DNA from: Syntrophomonadaceae bacterium
Lineage (GTDB): Bacteria > Bacillota > Dethiobacteria > DTU022 > UBA8154
Reading direction: 5' to 3'
Length of the DNA: 52,031 bases
Assembly (NCBI GenBank): GCA_007131175.1
Contig: SLRC01000059.1
Span: 1 to 52,031 of the forward strand
The notes beneath the pieces were generated by a model. The model did no database searches. It saw nothing but the letters and a program-made list of their open reading frames with translations, and was not told the DNA's origin. Of this stretch, positions 49,552 to 52,031 are shown one piece after another. The translations under genes were made by a program, and so were the position numbers. Numbering within the stretch: position 1 is the first letter of the stretch; every line of letters begins with the position of its first letter.

Positions 49552-51237
49552 TCACTCTACTGATATGAGATAATGATAAAGAGGCTGCCCCCCGTATTGA
49601 AGTTCTACTTCAGTTTCAGGATATGCATCCTCTATCATATGGGCAAGTTCATCTGCCTGGCTTTTGGTTACATCCTTACCATAAAACAGGGAAACGATCT
49701 GCTCTTCCTGCTCATTCAGAACATTGCGCAAAAGCTCTATGACTGTTTCATTTATGTTCCGGCCGCTGATTAACAACTCCCCATCAGTAAGCCCGATGAT
49801 GTCGTTCTTCTTTACTGTAATACCGTTAACCACTGCATCGCGAGTTGCGTAAGTAATTTCCAAAGTTTTTACCTGCCTGGCCCGCAGGCACATCTCCACA
49901 AAATTGTCAGCCATGGATTTTGTCCGGTCAAATGCCAATATAGCTGCAAGACCTTGTGGCAGGCTCTTTGTATCTATTACAGAAATTTCTTTATCAACCA
50001 GTTTAGCAGCTTGTTCCGCAGCAAATTGGACATTGCTATTATTGGGAAGAATAATAACCTTATTAGCTTTAACATTTAAAATCGCATCCACCAGGTCTTT
50101 AACCGGTGGATTCATGCTCTGCCCCCCTGGCACAATACAGTCTGCGCCCATACTTTTAAAAATCTCTGCAATTCCTTCTCCGGCAGCCACGACTACCACT
50201 GCAATCTCCAGTGTCGTTATTAAGTGCGGTGCGTTTTGTGAAGAAGCTCTTCCCGGATCAGTCAGCCCATCCCCACTACTCCAGCGTGTTTTGTCAAATT
50301 GGTCCAACATATTGTCAATTTTAATATCATGTATGCTGCCGCATGTAAGACATGTTTCCAGTACAGCTCCCGGATTACCCGTATGAATGTGTACTTTGAT
50401 CACACCGGTATCACCTGCCACCAACAGGGATTCACCCATTGTTTCCAGCTTAATCCTGAGCGATGTCAGAGAAAGACTTTCTCCTTTAATAATAAGTTCT
50501 GTACAGTAGGGGTAGCTTTTATCAAACTCTTCCTGCAAACTTATGCGCTCTTCAGCCGTTTCTTTGTGCGGGGAAATATGTGTTATGGGCAATTCTACCG
50601 TAGAGTGCCTGATTAAAGTATTCAGACAGCCTTCCAGGAAAACGATTAAACCAAGCCCACCGGCATCGACCACACCTGCTTCCTTTAAAACGGGGAGTAG
50701 CTCGGGAGTACGTTCCAACGCTTTTTTTCCACTTGCTATGGCTACCCCAAGCAATTCTACCATATTTATTTTGTCCTGGATGGCATTTCGACTACCCCTG
50801 GCAATCTCCCGTGCCACCGTTAATATTGTTCCTTCCACAGGGCGGGAAACGGCATTATATGCATATACAATTCCATACTGAAAAGCCCGTCCCAACTCAT
50901 TCAAACGGGCTTCCTCTTTCCCGGCAAGGCCTCTTGCTATCCCCTGGAAAAGTTGTGAAAGAATCACCCCCGAATTTCCCCGCGCCCCCATAAGTGCACT
51001 GCGGGCTGCAATACGGGAAATTTCTCCAATTGATGAAGAGGAAACACCGTGCAATTCCCGGGATGCTGCCAGGAGCGTAAGGGCCATATTTGTACCCGTA
51101 TCACCGTCAGGCACAGGGAAAACATTTAAATCGTTAATAGTCTCTTTGTGCTTCTCAAAATACAGAGTACCCTGGAGAAACATGTTTCTCAGGTCATCCC
51201 CACTTAGTAAAGCCACCTCACTACCGTTACCACTCAT
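49552..51237 (-). CDS. yloV: DAK2 domain fusion protein YloV
   Basis: N-terminal Dak2 domain (DGDTGTNM) and a C-terminal DegV-like/uncharacterised domain. 561 aa. Confidence 0.88.
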   Translation of the reverse strand: MSGNGSEVALLSGDDLRNMFLQGTLYFEKHKETINDLNVFPVPDGDTGTNMALTLLAASRELHGVSSSSIGEISRIAARSALMGARGNSGVILSQLFQGIARGLAGKEEARLNELGRAFQYGIVYAYNAVSRPVEGTILTVAREIARGSRNAIQDKINMVELLGVAIASGKKALERTPELLPVLKEAGVVDAGGLGLIVFLEGCLNTLIRHSTVELPITHISPHKETAEERISLQEEFDKSYPYCTELIIKGESLSLTSLRIKLETMGESLLVAGDTGVIKVHIHTGNPGAVLETCLTCGSIHDIKIDNMLDQFDKTRWSSGDGLTDPGRASSQNAPHLITTLEIAVVVVAAGEGIAEIFKSMGADCIVPGGQSMNPPVKDLVDAILNVKANKVIILPNNSNVQFAAEQAAKLVDKEISVIDTKSLPQGLAAILAFDRTKSMADNFVEMCLRARQVKTLEITYATRDAVVNGITVKKNDIIGLTDGELLISGRNINETVIELLRNVLNEQEEQIVSLFYGKDVTKSQADELAHMIEDAYPETEVELQYGGQPLYHYLISVE

Positions 51238-51275
51238 ATTTATTCACTCCGCATATTTAATAAAAACCTATACCG

Positions 51276-52031
51276 TTACTGTGCATAAAAGCAAATACCA
51301 ACCACTCCAGGACCGGCATGCGTCCCTATGACAGGGCTTAATTCATCTATAACAATATCTGCTTCCGGGAAACGTTCTACGATCAAATTTTTTATTTTGA
51401 CTGACGAATCATGGGCTTCTGCATGGACAATCGTAACGGGGAATGAACCCTTTGCCGGGGGAATTTCATCCACAATCCGTTCCATTGCTTTTTTCATAGT
51501 TCTCACCTTGTCATATTTATCCACCTTGCCGTTATTTAAATATAATACCGGCTTTATTTTTAAAAGGGTTCCTAGTAAGGCTTGAGCCCCCCCGATACGT
51601 CCTCCTTTTTTTAAATACTCCAGTGTATCGGGGATAAAAAAGATACGCAAACGCCGTTTTTTATCTTCCACCAGCGCTACGATTTCCTCTTTGGTTTTTC
51701 CTTGTGCTGCTGCCTCGGCCGCCTCCTTAACCAACATGGCCAATCCACCTGAAGTGAGTATGGAATCAACAACCGCAATTCGCTTTGAATCTACTATCCT
51801 TGCCGCGTTGATAGCGCTTTCATAGGTCCCACTAATTCCCGAGGATATAACAATAGTAACAATTTCGTCCCCTTCTGCGATTATTTTTTCAAAAACCTCA
51901 ACGAAATCTCCTGGAGATGGCTGCGAAGTGAAAGGCATTTTAGTTGCATGCTTCATTTTATCAAAAAACGTTGCATTAGAAATGGATCCGTCCAGGATTG
52001 TCTCATTTTCAAAGTTTACATACAAGGGTAC
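51276..52031 (-). CDS. DegV family fatty-acid-binding protein, N-terminus outside the window
   Basis: DegV family similarity (TSQPSPGDF, SSGISGTY). The reading frame is open to the window edge. Confidence 0.85.
   Translation of the reverse strand, partial: VPLYVNFENETILDGSISNATFFDKMKHATKMPFTSQPSPGDFVEVFEKIIAEGDEIVTIVISSGISGTYESAINAARIVDSKRIAVVDSILTSGGLAMLVKEAAEAAAQGKTKEEIVALVEDKKRRLRIFFIPDTLEYLKKGGRIGGAQALLGTLLKIKPVLYLNNGKVDKYDKVRTMKKAMERIVDEIPPAKGSFPVTIVHAEAHDSSVKIKNLIVERFPEADIVIDELSPVIGTHAGPGVVGICFYAQ

Noticed and set aside
971-51585. Numerous 60-170 aa plus-strand ORFs in the track (for example 971..1348, 8925..9263, 38544..39059, 49904..50386)
   Set aside because: Each lies fully inside a well-supported minus-strand gene. 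They have low-complexity or unrecognisable products and no RBS context, so they are antisense shadow ORFs.
1-52031. CRISPR arrays, tRNA/rRNA genes, IS elements or prophage genes
   Set aside because: I noticed no regularly spaced repeats, cloverleaf-type sequences, rRNA signatures, or transposase/integrase ORFs anywhere in the window.

Overview
Chromosomal window from a low-GC, endospore-forming anaerobic Firmicute. I infer a Clostridia/Peptococcaceae-like organism from gene content: dpaAB, ylzJ/tepA, the rnj-dapA block, and W/Se enzymes. All genes except tepA and ylzJ are on the minus strand. The left end (1-6950) carries a bamB-C-D-E-F-type gene set, which matches class II tungsten benzoyl-CoA reductase. 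It consists of an AOR-family subunit, a poly-ferredoxin, an HdrD-like protein, a giant HdrA-like protein and an MvhD-like protein. Two of these genes are interrupted by in-frame TGA codons at conserved Cys positions, which I read as selenocysteine. One of them fuses two ORF-track entries into a single 1043-codon protein. Next comes the only clearly non-core stretch (about 6950-8500). It holds an SD-preceded 28-codon sORF, a roughly 420-nt G+C-enriched non-coding block with nested stems and internal repeats, and an AT-rich orphan ORF. It also holds an 80-nt element that recurs at 75/80 identity 20 kb away (27751-27830). The rest is conserved housekeeping synteny: rny-recA-thpR, a membrane FtsH-like/phosphoesterase module, rimO, rodZ-like, ftsK, uppP, tepA-ylzJ, rnj, dapA, dpaBA, dut, VanW and deacetylases. 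It continues with pnp-rpsO-ribF-truB-nrnA-rbfA-infB-ylxR-nusA-rimP, a GT2, ispG-rseP-dxr-cdsA-uppS, frr-pyrH, yloV and degV. I see no rRNA/tRNA, CRISPR array, transposase/integrase or recognisable defence system. Several ORF-track N-termini are over-extended, and I re-set those starts from RBS context. I cannot name a new system with confidence. The best candidates for undescribed biology are the structured non-coding block with its dispersed 80-nt repeat, and the short-FtsH/metallophosphoesterase module.
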